64,000 nucleotides of DNA from Nanobdellota archaeon (GTDB lineage: Archaea; Nanobdellota; Nanobdellia; Pacearchaeales; GW2011-AR1): NCBI GenBank assembly GCA_038045705.1, contig JBBSXO010000003.1, positions 96,001-160,000 of the forward strand. Direction: 5' to 3'. Numbering within the stretch: position 1 is the stretch's first letter; each line of letters starts with the position of its first letter. Position numbers and translations under genes: made by a program. Positions 29,764 through 38,881 of this stretch are shown piece after piece. The notes below the pieces were generated by a model. It was given only the letters and a program-made list of their open reading frames with translations. It ran no database searches and was not told the origin of the DNA.

Positions 29764-31158
29764 TTACTTCTTTCCAGCTTTATTAATTAAATGAGGTTGC
29801 CAATGAGCAAAACTCTTAAGCCATACAACTGTGGAGTTAATAGTCTTGCCAGGCTTTGTCGTATCGAGATGAAAAGCCTCAAATTTAGTCCTATAGCCTT
29901 CAGTCAATTTAGGCAAAAAGAACAATGCAGTAATTATCATAAGTATTGAAGAAATTATAAAAGTGAAAAACATAGAACTAATAAAATCAACAGAAATATA
30001 TTGAACTATAATTCCACCAATAAAACTACCAAATAAAGTTCCCAAACCAATAAGCAAAGCACTATATGCAAAACAAAAACCTCTTTTTTGAGGTGAAGAA
30101 GCATTATAAGAAAAAGAAGTAGTACCTATTACAAATCCAGCATTAGCAAGTCCAGATACAATTCCAGGTATTAATATCAGAGCAATAGGGTTCTCAAAAA
30201 ACATCCAAAGCAATGGGACAATAGGAAATAGAAAAGCTCCAAAATAAATCAATTTTAAATTACCATATTTATCAGAGAATTTTCCGGCAATAGGAGCAAA
30301 AAACAAATAAAATACAGTAGAACTTATCGAAACAATAGTATAAGTAAGGTAATTAAAATTCAAGTCCTCTAGCATTCTAACTGCAAAAAAAGGAGCAGAC
30401 ATCATCATCGCAAAATAAAAAAATGCCTGAAAAACTGCAAATTTTCCATAATTATCATATCTCTTTAAAAAAGAGATAAAAGAAAAATAAGATTGCTTTT
30501 TAACTCTAAAATAAGGATTGAATATCTTATTAGTATAATGAACCGAAGCAATTCTAAAAATCATAGCGAATGCAAATAGAAAAGCAAATCCAAGCAAAAC
30601 ATATCCTTTAGTTTTAAACAAATCAAGTAAAAATCCAGAAATAACTAATGTTACTAAACCAACAATTCCAATCAATCTATTCCTAGAAGCAAAAAACTTT
30701 CCTTTTTTTTCTTCAGGAACTAAATCACCAAGCCAAGAAAGCCATGAGACATAACCAGCTCCATAAATAAATGGAATAAGAATTCCCCATAAAGCAATCA
30801 TTATCCAAGGTAAAACTAATGTAAGAGTTCCTTTCCACGCAAAATAAATTAAAGCTAAAACAGGAATTTGCAAGAATACTATCCATAATTTAGCATGCAT
30901 CCAAAGTTTTTTACGAGAATGATTTTCCATAAGCTTGCTTCCCACAATTTCGCCATAAGGATCAAATAATCCATTAAGTGAAGTCATAAGTCCAATATGA
31001 AAACTATTTCCACCAGTAGCTAGAATAAGAGGTGTAAGAAAACCGCTAGACATATTCACACCAATAGATTGTGTATATCCTTCTTTTAGGCTAGCACGTA
31101 AAGCGTGTTCTTTAGAGTGTTTCAAATAGTCAGATTCATCTATAATCTCCTCACCCAT
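29764..31158 (-). CDS. MFS transporter
   Basis: ~12 TM; GKFSDKYG motif A. Confidence 0.9.
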   Translation of the reverse strand: MGEEIIDESDYLKHSKEHALRASLKEGYTQSIGVNMSSGFLTPLILATGGNSFHIGLMTSLNGLFDPYGEIVGSKLMENHSRKKLWMHAKLWIVFLQIPVLALIYFAWKGTLTLVLPWIMIALWGILIPFIYGAGYVSWLSWLGDLVPEEKKGKFFASRNRLIGIVGLVTLVISGFLLDLFKTKGYVLLGFAFLFAFAMIFRIASVHYTNKIFNPYFRVKKQSYFSFISFLKRYDNYGKFAVFQAFFYFAMMMSAPFFAVRMLEDLNFNYLTYTIVSISSTVFYLFFAPIAGKFSDKYGNLKLIYFGAFLFPIVPLLWMFFENPIALILIPGIVSGLANAGFVIGTTSFSYNASSPQKRGFCFAYSALLIGLGTLFGSFIGGIIVQYISVDFISSMFFTFIISSILMIITALFFLPKLTEGYRTKFEAFHLDTTKPGKTINSTVVWLKSFAHWQPHLINKAGKK

Positions 31159-31199
31159 AATATACCTTAGCAAAAAACATTAATAAACATTGTTAGTTC

Positions 31200-31760
31200 T
31201 TAACAAAATTCCGGACACTTTTCTCTAGCTCTTATTTTAAGGCGCTCCATTGTTCTATGCAATATATTCTTTACATTAGACAGAGAACATCTATACATTT
31301 GCGCTATTTTATTCCTATCAACACCATCAACTAAATGAAGACTAGTAATTTGTAAATGTTCTTCATTTACTGAAAAACCATTAAATATTACCTCGACAAG
31401 ATCCCTATTATCTACATCTGAAAAATGATCTACTGAATCAGGAGGATGTTCAAAAAGATCATCCAATCCAAAATGATCTGGCCTATTAAAGTATCGACCT
31501 TTAGTTTTTTTAAGCAACCTCCAACCAGTTTGCCTTAGAGAAAGAGGTATTAAATTAGGATAAACGGGAATTTTTCTTTCAATTTGACCATATAAATTCA
31601 AGAAAGCTTCCTGTATGACATCTTCTGCAGTGTTGTAGTCTACACCTCTCCGAGCCAAGTAACCTATGAACCTTGCACGAGATTCATCAAAATGATCAGT
31701 CAATTCCTGAAGAGTTAAACTCTTCCCAGAATGTTCTTTCAAAGCAGAACAACCATTCAT
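31200..31760 (-). CDS. ECF-type sigma-70 family protein
   Basis: Region 2 AEDVIQEAFL; region 4.2 HTH IAQMYRCSLSNVKNILHRTMERLK; ~186 aa. Confidence 0.8.
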   Translation of the reverse strand: MNGCSALKEHSGKSLTLQELTDHFDESRARFIGYLARRGVDYNTAEDVIQEAFLNLYGQIERKIPVYPNLIPLSLRQTGWRLLKKTKGRYFNRPDHFGLDDLFEHPPDSVDHFSDVDNRDLVEVIFNGFSVNEEHLQITSLHLVDGVDRNKIAQMYRCSLSNVKNILHRTMERLKIRAREKCPEFC

Positions 31761-31859
31761 AGTAGGTAAAAATGACAAATGTATAAAAACATATGTGTTC
31801 AAATGAAAAATAGAAATTGCTTCCATCAACATATAATAAAACTAATTTCTATTGATTTA

Positions 31860-32318
31860 CTAACCGAGTACATCTTGATATTTAGGTTCAGCAGAGACAA
31901 CTCGAATTTCGTTTTCTAAAACTCTTTTAGCATACTCTTTTTCTTCCCCAACAGGAACTTTTACTGTTGCGATTTTAACAAATTCTACCCAATCACTTAC
32001 AGTTCTGCAAGCTCCAGCTGGTGCTGGTTGCGTTTCAGGCCCTACATTATCAGTACAAAGTTGCCTCTCTTCTATTTCTAATCTATATTTGTCAAGGATT
32101 ACTTCTGCTTGTTCCTTAGTACTATCTTCTGTAAATGAAAAAACAATATACCCTTGCTGAATATTAGGATTATCAAAGGTTTCTAACATTGTATTAATAG
32201 TTCCAGATCTTTCGCTTGATTCATCTTCTTGAGTAGAATAATTAATTGATAAAAGCGTAATTAATGCAACCAATGCAATTACTAAAATCCCTAAACCTAT
32301 TTTTAGAAGTTTACTCAT
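31860..32318 (-). CDS. Membrane-anchored secreted protein (I9/S8 propeptide-like fold possible)
   Basis: N-terminal TM; YIVFSF...VKVPVGEE...VVSAEP. Confidence 0.65.
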   Translation of the reverse strand: MSKLLKIGLGILVIALVALITLLSINYSTQEDESSERSGTINTMLETFDNPNIQQGYIVFSFTEDSTKEQAEVILDKYRLEIEERQLCTDNVGPETQPAPAGACRTVSDWVEFVKIATVKVPVGEEKEYAKRVLENEIRVVSAEPKYQDVLG

Positions 32319-32591
32319 TTTATTATTAATTTTGATTTATTTATATATTCATCTAATATTAAAAATCTAAGATAAACTATAGATATAGTTTGGTGCGCAT
32401 GAAATTAGTCAAAATTTATTTCTTCTTCAGTTTTTGGGATATTCTCTTCATGTTCTCTTACAATTTTATAGAGTGCAACTATCTCCTTATCTGTAAAAAT
32501 CATATTAGTGATAGATTCGTTTAATATAAAATTCTTTTGGTTTTACATTTTACTAGAAATTTTGTACTTAATTTTTTCATATTCTATCTCA

Positions 32592-32657
32592 CTATAATCC
32601 ACTTTTTAACCAAATGTCAATTATCTTTTCTCTTGTTTCAACTTCGCTTAAACCCAC
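32592..32657 (-). pseudogene. Possible remnant of a type I restriction HsdR N-terminus
   Basis: VGLSEVETREKIIDIWLKSG resembles the LSEAETRxxxIDxxLxxAGW start of HsdR; truncated after ~21 codons. Confidence 0.35.
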
Positions 32658-32757
32658 ATCTTAAAGAAGCTTAGAAACTATTTAAAACTAGTCCCAGAGA
32701 GCATAATTCGCGAGTCGCACTGAGAAGGCTACAAGAGCATTTTCCAGGGAGACTAAT

Positions 32758-33234
32758 TTATTCAGGAACTACTATCTTGTCTACAAAGAATTCTGCTGGA
32801 CCGTAGATTAAGTGTCCTGCTTTCTTGCAAGCGTCAGCATACTTTCTCCACTCAAACGGTCCTTTTCCATCTACCGCATCTTTTGCAGATCTATTTACAT
32901 CAACTGCTAAGTCATCTATACTTTTAACGACTTCAAATCTTAGTCCTCTTTTAACTAAATCTCCAAGTTTATCTTCAAATTCAGCTTTTGTTATTGTTTG
33001 TAAGTCAATCCCATGATCTCCCAAATAAGATCTTATAATTAAACCAAAAAGAGGTGTTTTACTTTTGACATATTGTGGCTCTAAAGTCATTTTTCTTATC
33101 CAATCTTCTGTTTCCCTTATTACCAAAGGGTTACCTTTAAACATCATATAAGTACTATGAATGTAATTAGCTAACGGAAACCAATCATTCCATCTATGTT
33201 TGCTTTCTCCAAATTCATATTCGCTGTCTAACAT
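32758..33234 (-). CDS. Hypothetical protein
   Basis: 158-aa ORF with upstream TATA-like tttaaat. Confidence 0.7.
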   Translation of the reverse strand: MLDSEYEFGESKHRWNDWFPLANYIHSTYMMFKGNPLVIRETEDWIRKMTLEPQYVKSKTPLFGLIIRSYLGDHGIDLQTITKAEFEDKLGDLVKRGLRFEVVKSIDDLAVDVNRSAKDAVDGKGPFEWRKYADACKKAGHLIYGPAEFFVDKIVVPE

Positions 33235-33365
33235 AGTTCTCCCACAAAATAAGGCTATTTAAATTTAACTAATAAGTAGTTACATGTGCTTCCTCAAGAC
33301 ATTTGTCACCCCCTATCAAAATGATGAGTAACCAATTTATTCATAGGCTGTAAAAACAATTATTA

Positions 33366-34436
33366 TTACCTTTTTGCTTCAGCCAATAATTCATCCATTA
33401 ATCCATCACAAAGTTGAGTATAATAGTACTGATCAAAATGAACAACTGAATCATGAGAATGTATAACATCCCAAAATTTCTCTTTAATACTTATTAAAAA
33501 GTCTCTAAGATCTTTAGCATTTGTAAAGAACATCATAAGTGATAAATCCCATGTACCTATTTGTTCTATTAAAGAGTAAAAGCGTTCATCATTGTAGAGA
33601 TATGTCAAAAAGTCTTCTTTTCTTTTATGAGATATATTTCTAAATTTTATCATTACGGTAGTGTATTGGTAATCAAGTAGATGGTAATTTAGACGAAGAA
33701 TAAATTCTTTAATAATTCCAGCTTTAATTAGGTTTTTTATCCTATAGTTTACTGCATCTCTGGAAAGATTTAATTTTTTTCCTAGATCTGTAAGGGAGAT
33801 GCGTGAATCTTCGTGTAGGTTTTTTAGTAGGATAATATCCTTTTCATCCAATTCAACTTCTTTCTTTTGTTTTGCATTAAATTCAGAGGTATAAGGGAAA
33901 TTTAATTTAGATCCATATTCACTTTTCTTTTTCATATTTCTAATATATTTTTGGCTTTTATGTATAAAGTTTTTTACTGTAGCTACCATAAAATCATTAA
34001 GATATTCTTTAATTGGAGAAAGAATGCTCTCTAAGATTGAGTCGTAGTTTTCTTCATATAATGTTTCAAACATCAAAATTATCTCCCATTTCCCACCTGT
34101 TTCTATGACCCAATTAACATATTTGTTTTTTAAAAAGTCCTCGATAATTAGTTTCATTTTATCTTGAGATAAAGAATGAAATTGGAGGTATAGAACATAT
34201 CTATGTGCTCCTAAAAGTTTTGGATCTATAACTGTGAAAACATCAGTTATTATCTTATTTTTCCTAAGATTATTATATCTATAATTGATTACCTCTGTAC
34301 TGGTTCTTAATAAGTCAGCTATTTGAGATAAAGGAGTTCTACTATTAACTGTTAAGATATTAACAATTTCCCTATCTTTATTAGTTAACTCTATTTTTTT
34401 ATGTTCTTCAGCAATTATTTCGCCAGTTTTCCTCAT
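33366..34436 (-). CDS. Tandem Lrp/AsnC family transcriptional regulator
   Basis: Two HTH+RAM units (NSRTPLSQIA...; DSRISLTDLGKKL...). Confidence 0.92.
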   Translation of the reverse strand: MRKTGEIIAEEHKKIELTNKDREIVNILTVNSRTPLSQIADLLRTSTEVINYRYNNLRKNKIITDVFTVIDPKLLGAHRYVLYLQFHSLSQDKMKLIIEDFLKNKYVNWVIETGGKWEIILMFETLYEENYDSILESILSPIKEYLNDFMVATVKNFIHKSQKYIRNMKKKSEYGSKLNFPYTSEFNAKQKKEVELDEKDIILLKNLHEDSRISLTDLGKKLNLSRDAVNYRIKNLIKAGIIKEFILRLNYHLLDYQYTTVMIKFRNISHKRKEDFLTYLYNDERFYSLIEQIGTWDLSLMMFFTNAKDLRDFLISIKEKFWDVIHSHDSVVHFDQYYYTQLCDGLMDELLAEAKR

Positions 34437-34529
34437 ATATTATATAGTGCTAAATTAGCTTATATATTTTACGCATATTTCAAGAAAGTCTATAACTAAT
34501 TTTAAATATAGCTAATTATCTCTAAATTT

Positions 34530-36083
34530 ATGAGTAAAGGTAATTTTGACCAAGCATTAGAGTCAGCAAGGCAAGAGTTAGCAACTTTTGATCTAAATGC
34601 AGTTCATGCTTTAGGGTTATCGAAAGTTCATACAGATTTACTTGGGAGTCATACAGTTGTCACTTACCCTCCCTTAGACTCTTTATCCAAAGACATTGAT
34701 TCAGACAGATTACTTCAAAAAGTTAAATTTGGACAAACAGTTAACGGCTATGCTCACGTTCCATGGTGTGAGTATCCATGCAAGTTTTGTCCGTATACCA
34801 CATTAGGAATTAAAGGACAGGGTATAGAAAGAATGCCTGAGTATTTCCAAGCATTACAAAAAGAAGTTAAAATGTGGGCAGAAAAAATGAAAAGAGATTC
34901 ATCTCAAATGGAATCTTTATATATTGGTGGAGGAACACCATTTGCAATTCCTACAAGTAAACTTGAATGGTTAGTTTCTATGCTTAGAACAGAAATTCCA
35001 TTTACAAGTAATCCTGCAATATCAGTTGAAACAACACCATTTGCAGCATTGCAACCAGATGCAAGAGATAAGTTTGGAATATTAAGAGCAAATGGCGTTA
35101 ACAGAATGAGTATGGGTGTCCAATCTTTTGATTTTCCAACTCTAAAAGATACTGCTAGAACATTTCAAGGGCATAAAGATGGAGACGAAGAAAAAGCAGT
35201 AAGAGTTCTTCTAGACTCGGAAATACCTCATATTAATATAGATATGATTCAAGATTTGCCAGAACAAGCTGGTTCTCCACTCGATCGTCTTCGTAATGAT
35301 TTGGAAACAGTAGTAAGATTACAACCACATCATATTACATGGTACAATATGCGTCTGAGACCTGAAACAACTTATGCCAGAAGAGGCACTTCATTTAAAT
35401 CTCCCGAAGAAGAAAGCTTACTCCACCGTCTAACAATTTGGAACTTTATGGAAGTAGCTGGATATCAGGTATTAGAAGGAGATAGATTCGCTAAAGGAAA
35501 AGAATACGAAGATAAATTTAGGAAAGCAAGAGGATCAGTAACGAAAGATCTTCTAGGAATGGGTGTATCTGCTTATTCGCATGTTAATGAAGTATTCTTC
35601 CAAAATCCAAGAGTAACTGGCAATAATGTTAGGTCAGATTCTAAATTAGCTACAGAACAATATGTTGAACGTCTAAGAAATGGAAATCATGCAATTACAT
35701 TTGGTTTTCCAATAGATGCTTCTGAAAGGCTAGCAGCACTTTTTGCTCTAGGATTAAAGGCAGGAGTGGATCTTGAAGAAATTGAAAACGTAGCATTTGG
35801 TCAACCTGATTGTGGAGCATATATAAGACACGTAATTAATCCAAGCGCAGATAGGTATGTTCCAGCAGGATTGTTAGAAGTAAAAGATGGAAGAATAAGA
35901 TTTACAAGATTAGGAAGGTTATTTGAGAATGAGATTTGTGCTTCATTTTATTCTCCAACAGTTGTTGCTGAAGCGAAAGCAAGAAGAGGAGAATTAGCTC
36001 CAGAACTAATGAGATTATATCAAAACTATGAAGGAACCAAGGCAATAGATAGAATGGTTATGGAACAAAAACCAACTTTATAG
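34530..36083 (+). CDS. HemN/HemW-like radical SAM enzyme
   Basis: YPP, YAHVPWCEYPCKFCPY, YIGGGTP, RMSMGVQSFD, GMGVSAYS. Confidence 0.9.
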   Translation: MSKGNFDQALESARQELATFDLNAVHALGLSKVHTDLLGSHTVVTYPPLDSLSKDIDSDRLLQKVKFGQTVNGYAHVPWCEYPCKFCPYTTLGIKGQGIERMPEYFQALQKEVKMWAEKMKRDSSQMESLYIGGGTPFAIPTSKLEWLVSMLRTEIPFTSNPAISVETTPFAALQPDARDKFGILRANGVNRMSMGVQSFDFPTLKDTARTFQGHKDGDEEKAVRVLLDSEIPHINIDMIQDLPEQAGSPLDRLRNDLETVVRLQPHHITWYNMRLRPETTYARRGTSFKSPEEESLLHRLTIWNFMEVAGYQVLEGDRFAKGKEYEDKFRKARGSVTKDLLGMGVSAYSHVNEVFFQNPRVTGNNVRSDSKLATEQYVERLRNGNHAITFGFPIDASERLAALFALGLKAGVDLEEIENVAFGQPDCGAYIRHVINPSADRYVPAGLLEVKDGRIRFTRLGRLFENEICASFYSPTVVAEAKARRGELAPELMRLYQNYEGTKAIDRMVMEQKPTL

Positions 36084-36133
36084 TAATTTTATTAAAATAA
36101 TCAGTTACGCATGAAAGGATACGAAGAGGGGTA

Positions 36134-36205
36134 TGCGCCGGTCGGGAATCGAACCCGACTCTTCGACTTGGGAAGCCGAAATCTTAACCGATGGACCACC
36201 GGCGC
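36134..36205 (-). tRNA. tRNA-Gly(CCC)
   Basis: Reverse complement gcgccgg...tcggc-ttCCCaa-gtcga...gggttcgattccc...ccggcgca. Confidence 0.95.
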
Positions 36206-36255
36206 CTAAAGTTAGCAATGACAAGTCTTTTAAAAAGCTAATTACAAATTACAAT

Positions 36256-37068
36256 ATGAAAAAGAGCACAAAGAAAAATTGGAAAAGGTTCTTCAAATAT
36301 CTTTGGCTTGTAATCTGGAACATAATAAAAATCCCTTATTACATAGTAAAATTAATTTCAAAAACTCAAGATAAATTAGAACAAAAAGAAATTAAACAGA
36401 TAGTAGAAAAAAAGAGGGATTCAGTAAAAGCCATTTACCAAGATTTCAAAATATTAAATACACAGAACGGAAATTACAAAGAATATGAAAAATATATCTC
36501 GAGTGATAAAAGCAAGATAGGAATAATTCTAGGTGCTAGAGGCACAGGTAAAACAGCAATTGGAATTAAAATATTAGAAAACATTTACGCAAAGAGCAAA
36601 AGAAAGTTATATGCTATAGGTTTCAAAAAAGAAGACATGCCTTCATGGATTGAAGTAATAGAAAGCATAGAAGAAATAAATAATAATTCAACAGTCCTAA
36701 TTGATGAAGGAGGAGTTTTATTCAGTTCAAGAAATGCAATGACTAAACCCAACAAACTTCTTAGCCAGTTAATTCTCATTGCAAGGCATAAAAATCTTAA
36801 CATCTTATTTATTTCTCAAAACTCATCAAACTTAGATGTAAACATACTAAGACAAGCAGACCATTTGATACTAAAGCCAACTTCCTTACTACAGGAAGAC
36901 TTTGAAAGAAAAAAAATAAAAGAGATATATGAAGAACAACAAGAAAACTTCAAAAAATATCAAAATATTAAAGGATACACATATATCTATTCAGAAGAGT
37001 TCAGAGGATTCATAGCCAACCCATTACCATCATTTTGGAGTACAAATATCAGCAAGAGCTTCAGATAA
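36256..37068 (+). CDS. Zot/pI-like (FtsK-HerA superfamily) P-loop ATPase with N-terminal hydrophobic helix
   Basis: GARGTGKT, VLIDEG, ARHKNLNILFISQ; start moved to 36256 because the longer ORF overlaps tRNA-Gly. Confidence 0.75.
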   Translation: MKKSTKKNWKRFFKYLWLVIWNIIKIPYYIVKLISKTQDKLEQKEIKQIVEKKRDSVKAIYQDFKILNTQNGNYKEYEKYISSDKSKIGIILGARGTGKTAIGIKILENIYAKSKRKLYAIGFKKEDMPSWIEVIESIEEINNNSTVLIDEGGVLFSSRNAMTKPNKLLSQLILIARHKNLNILFISQNSSNLDVNILRQADHLILKPTSLLQEDFERKKIKEIYEEQQENFKKYQNIKGYTYIYSEEFRGFIANPLPSFWSTNISKSFR

Positions 37069-37099
37069 GGTTTTAATATCAAATAATTATTCTATAATT

Positions 37100-38542
37100 A
37101 TGACAAAAGAAACATTCTATATTACAACCCCTATATACTATCCAAATGATATTCCACATTTGGGTCATGCATACACAACTATAGCAGCAGATGTAATGGC
37201 CAGATGGAATAAACTTCTTGGAAAAAATGTATTCTTTCTAACAGGTACAGATGAACACGGTAAAAAATTAGCAGACACAGCTACAAAAAATAAACAGAAA
37301 CCAAAAGAATTTATAGATAAATTAATACCAGAATTCAAAAAAGATTGGAAAAGCCTAAACATAGAATATGATAGATTCATAAGAACAACAGACAAAGATC
37401 ATGAGGATACAGTTCAGAAAATATTGCAAAAACTAGATGACAACGGAGATATTTACTTAGGAGAATATGAAGGGTTTTACTGTACTTCTTGTGAAGCCTA
37501 TTACACTGAAAAAGACGCCCCTAATCTAAATTGCCCTATACACGAAAAACAATTAGATAAATTAAAAGAACCGTCCTATTTCTTTAAATTATCAAAATAT
37601 GAAAAATTTTTGTTAGACCATTATAAAAAAAATCCAAATTTCATCCTGCCACAAAAAAGAGCAAATGAAGTAATAAACAGAGTAAAAGAAGGTCTAAAGG
37701 ATCTAAGTATATCAAGAACTTCTTTTGATTGGGGGATTCCTTTACCATTCAATAAAAAACACGTCACTTTCGTTTGGGTAGACGCCCTATTCAATTATTA
37801 CTCTGCAACTCAAAGTGAAAAAAAATTAAACAAATTCTGGCCAGCAGATCTTCACTTAATTGGAAAGGATATTTTATGGTTTCACACAGTTTATTGGCCA
37901 GCACTTCTAAAAGCAGTAGATTTACCCTTGCCAAAGACAGTATTTGCTCATGGATGGTGGACAGTTAATAGTAAAAAGATGGGCAAGTCTACAGGTAATG
38001 CAGTAAAAATAAATGAGCTAATTAGTATTGTAGGTGTAGATTCTGCTAGATATTTCTTACTTCGTGAAACTCCTCTAGGAGATGACGGAGATTTTTCTGA
38101 AAGCATGCTAATCGAACGTCACAACAACGAACTAGCAAACAAACTAGGTAATCTAGTAAGCAGAGTCTCAGCTCTAGCTGAAAAATATGGAATTGAAAAA
38201 ACAAAAAATAGTTTAGAAATAAAAGAAACTCTAAAACAAATAGAAGAACATTTCAATAATTACGAATTGCATAAAGTCCTAGAGAGTATTTTCACATATA
38301 TAGATAAAACAAATGAATACATACAAGAAAAGAAACCATGGGAAACAAAAGATAAAAAAGTATTATATGAGCTAGTTTTAGCAATAAAAAATATTGCAAT
38401 TCTAGTCAGTCCATTCATGCCAGACACAGCAGAGAAGATAGCTAAAACATTTAATTTCAAAATCTCTTTAGATGAGTTAGATAAAACTCTAAAGGAAAGC
38501 AAGATAGTTAAATCAGAAATTTTATTCCAAAAAATAACATGA
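37100..38542 (+). CDS. metG: Methionine--tRNA ligase (bacterial MetRS1-like, no fused C-terminal OB domain)
   Basis: YITTPIYYPND.PHLGH, TGTDEHG, CTSC..CPIH, KMGKS. Confidence 0.96.
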   Translation: MTKETFYITTPIYYPNDIPHLGHAYTTIAADVMARWNKLLGKNVFFLTGTDEHGKKLADTATKNKQKPKEFIDKLIPEFKKDWKSLNIEYDRFIRTTDKDHEDTVQKILQKLDDNGDIYLGEYEGFYCTSCEAYYTEKDAPNLNCPIHEKQLDKLKEPSYFFKLSKYEKFLLDHYKKNPNFILPQKRANEVINRVKEGLKDLSISRTSFDWGIPLPFNKKHVTFVWVDALFNYYSATQSEKKLNKFWPADLHLIGKDILWFHTVYWPALLKAVDLPLPKTVFAHGWWTVNSKKMGKSTGNAVKINELISIVGVDSARYFLLRETPLGDDGDFSESMLIERHNNELANKLGNLVSRVSALAEKYGIEKTKNSLEIKETLKQIEEHFNNYELHKVLESIFTYIDKTNEYIQEKKPWETKDKKVLYELVLAIKNIAILVSPFMPDTAEKIAKTFNFKISLDELDKTLKESKIVKSEILFQKIT

Positions 38543-38877
38543 CTGATAAAATACCCTTCACAGACTTTGAGAAAGTAGACTTGCGAGTTGGAACAATACT
38601 CGAAGTTGAGAATCATCCTAAAGCAGATAAACTTTATGTCTTAAAAGTAGATTTAGGAGAAGATAGTCCAAGAACAATAGTAGCAGGTCTAAGACCACAC
38701 TATACTCACGAAAACCTAAAAGGAAAACAAGCCATATTCGTAGTTAATCTTGAACCAGTAAATCTCAGAGGAATAGAAAGCAATGGCATGATTCTAGCAG
38801 CCTCAAACCAAGAAAAAACTAATGTCTTTTTCTTAAAACCAGATAAACAAATAGCACCAGGAAGTAAAATACACTAA
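38539..38877 (+). CDS. Stand-alone tRNA-binding OB protein (MetRS C-terminal/Trbp111/CsaA)
   Basis: DLRVG, HPKADKLY, NLEP..LRGIESNGMIL; ATGA overlap with metG. Confidence 0.92.
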   Translation: MTDKIPFTDFEKVDLRVGTILEVENHPKADKLYVLKVDLGEDSPRTIVAGLRPHYTHENLKGKQAIFVVNLEPVNLRGIESNGMILAASNQEKTNVFFLKPDKQIAPGSKIH

Positions 38878-38881
38878 ATTT

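Noticed and set aside
31860-32318. Membrane protein next to the sigma-like gene as an anti-sigma factor
   Set aside because: It lies upstream and has almost no cytoplasmic N-terminal domain or zinc-binding anti-sigma motif.
33321-33352. ATGATGA as the C box of a C/D sRNA
   Set aside because: No CTGA D box at a suitable distance.
32391-36116. 9-bp repeat cgcatgaaa (32396, 36108) and tggtgcgc as possible att sites
   Set aside because: Too short to exceed chance, and no integrase is present.
36133-36255. N-terminal 41 aa of the track ORF 36133..37068
   Set aside because: It overlaps tRNA-Gly antisense; the real start is likely 36256.
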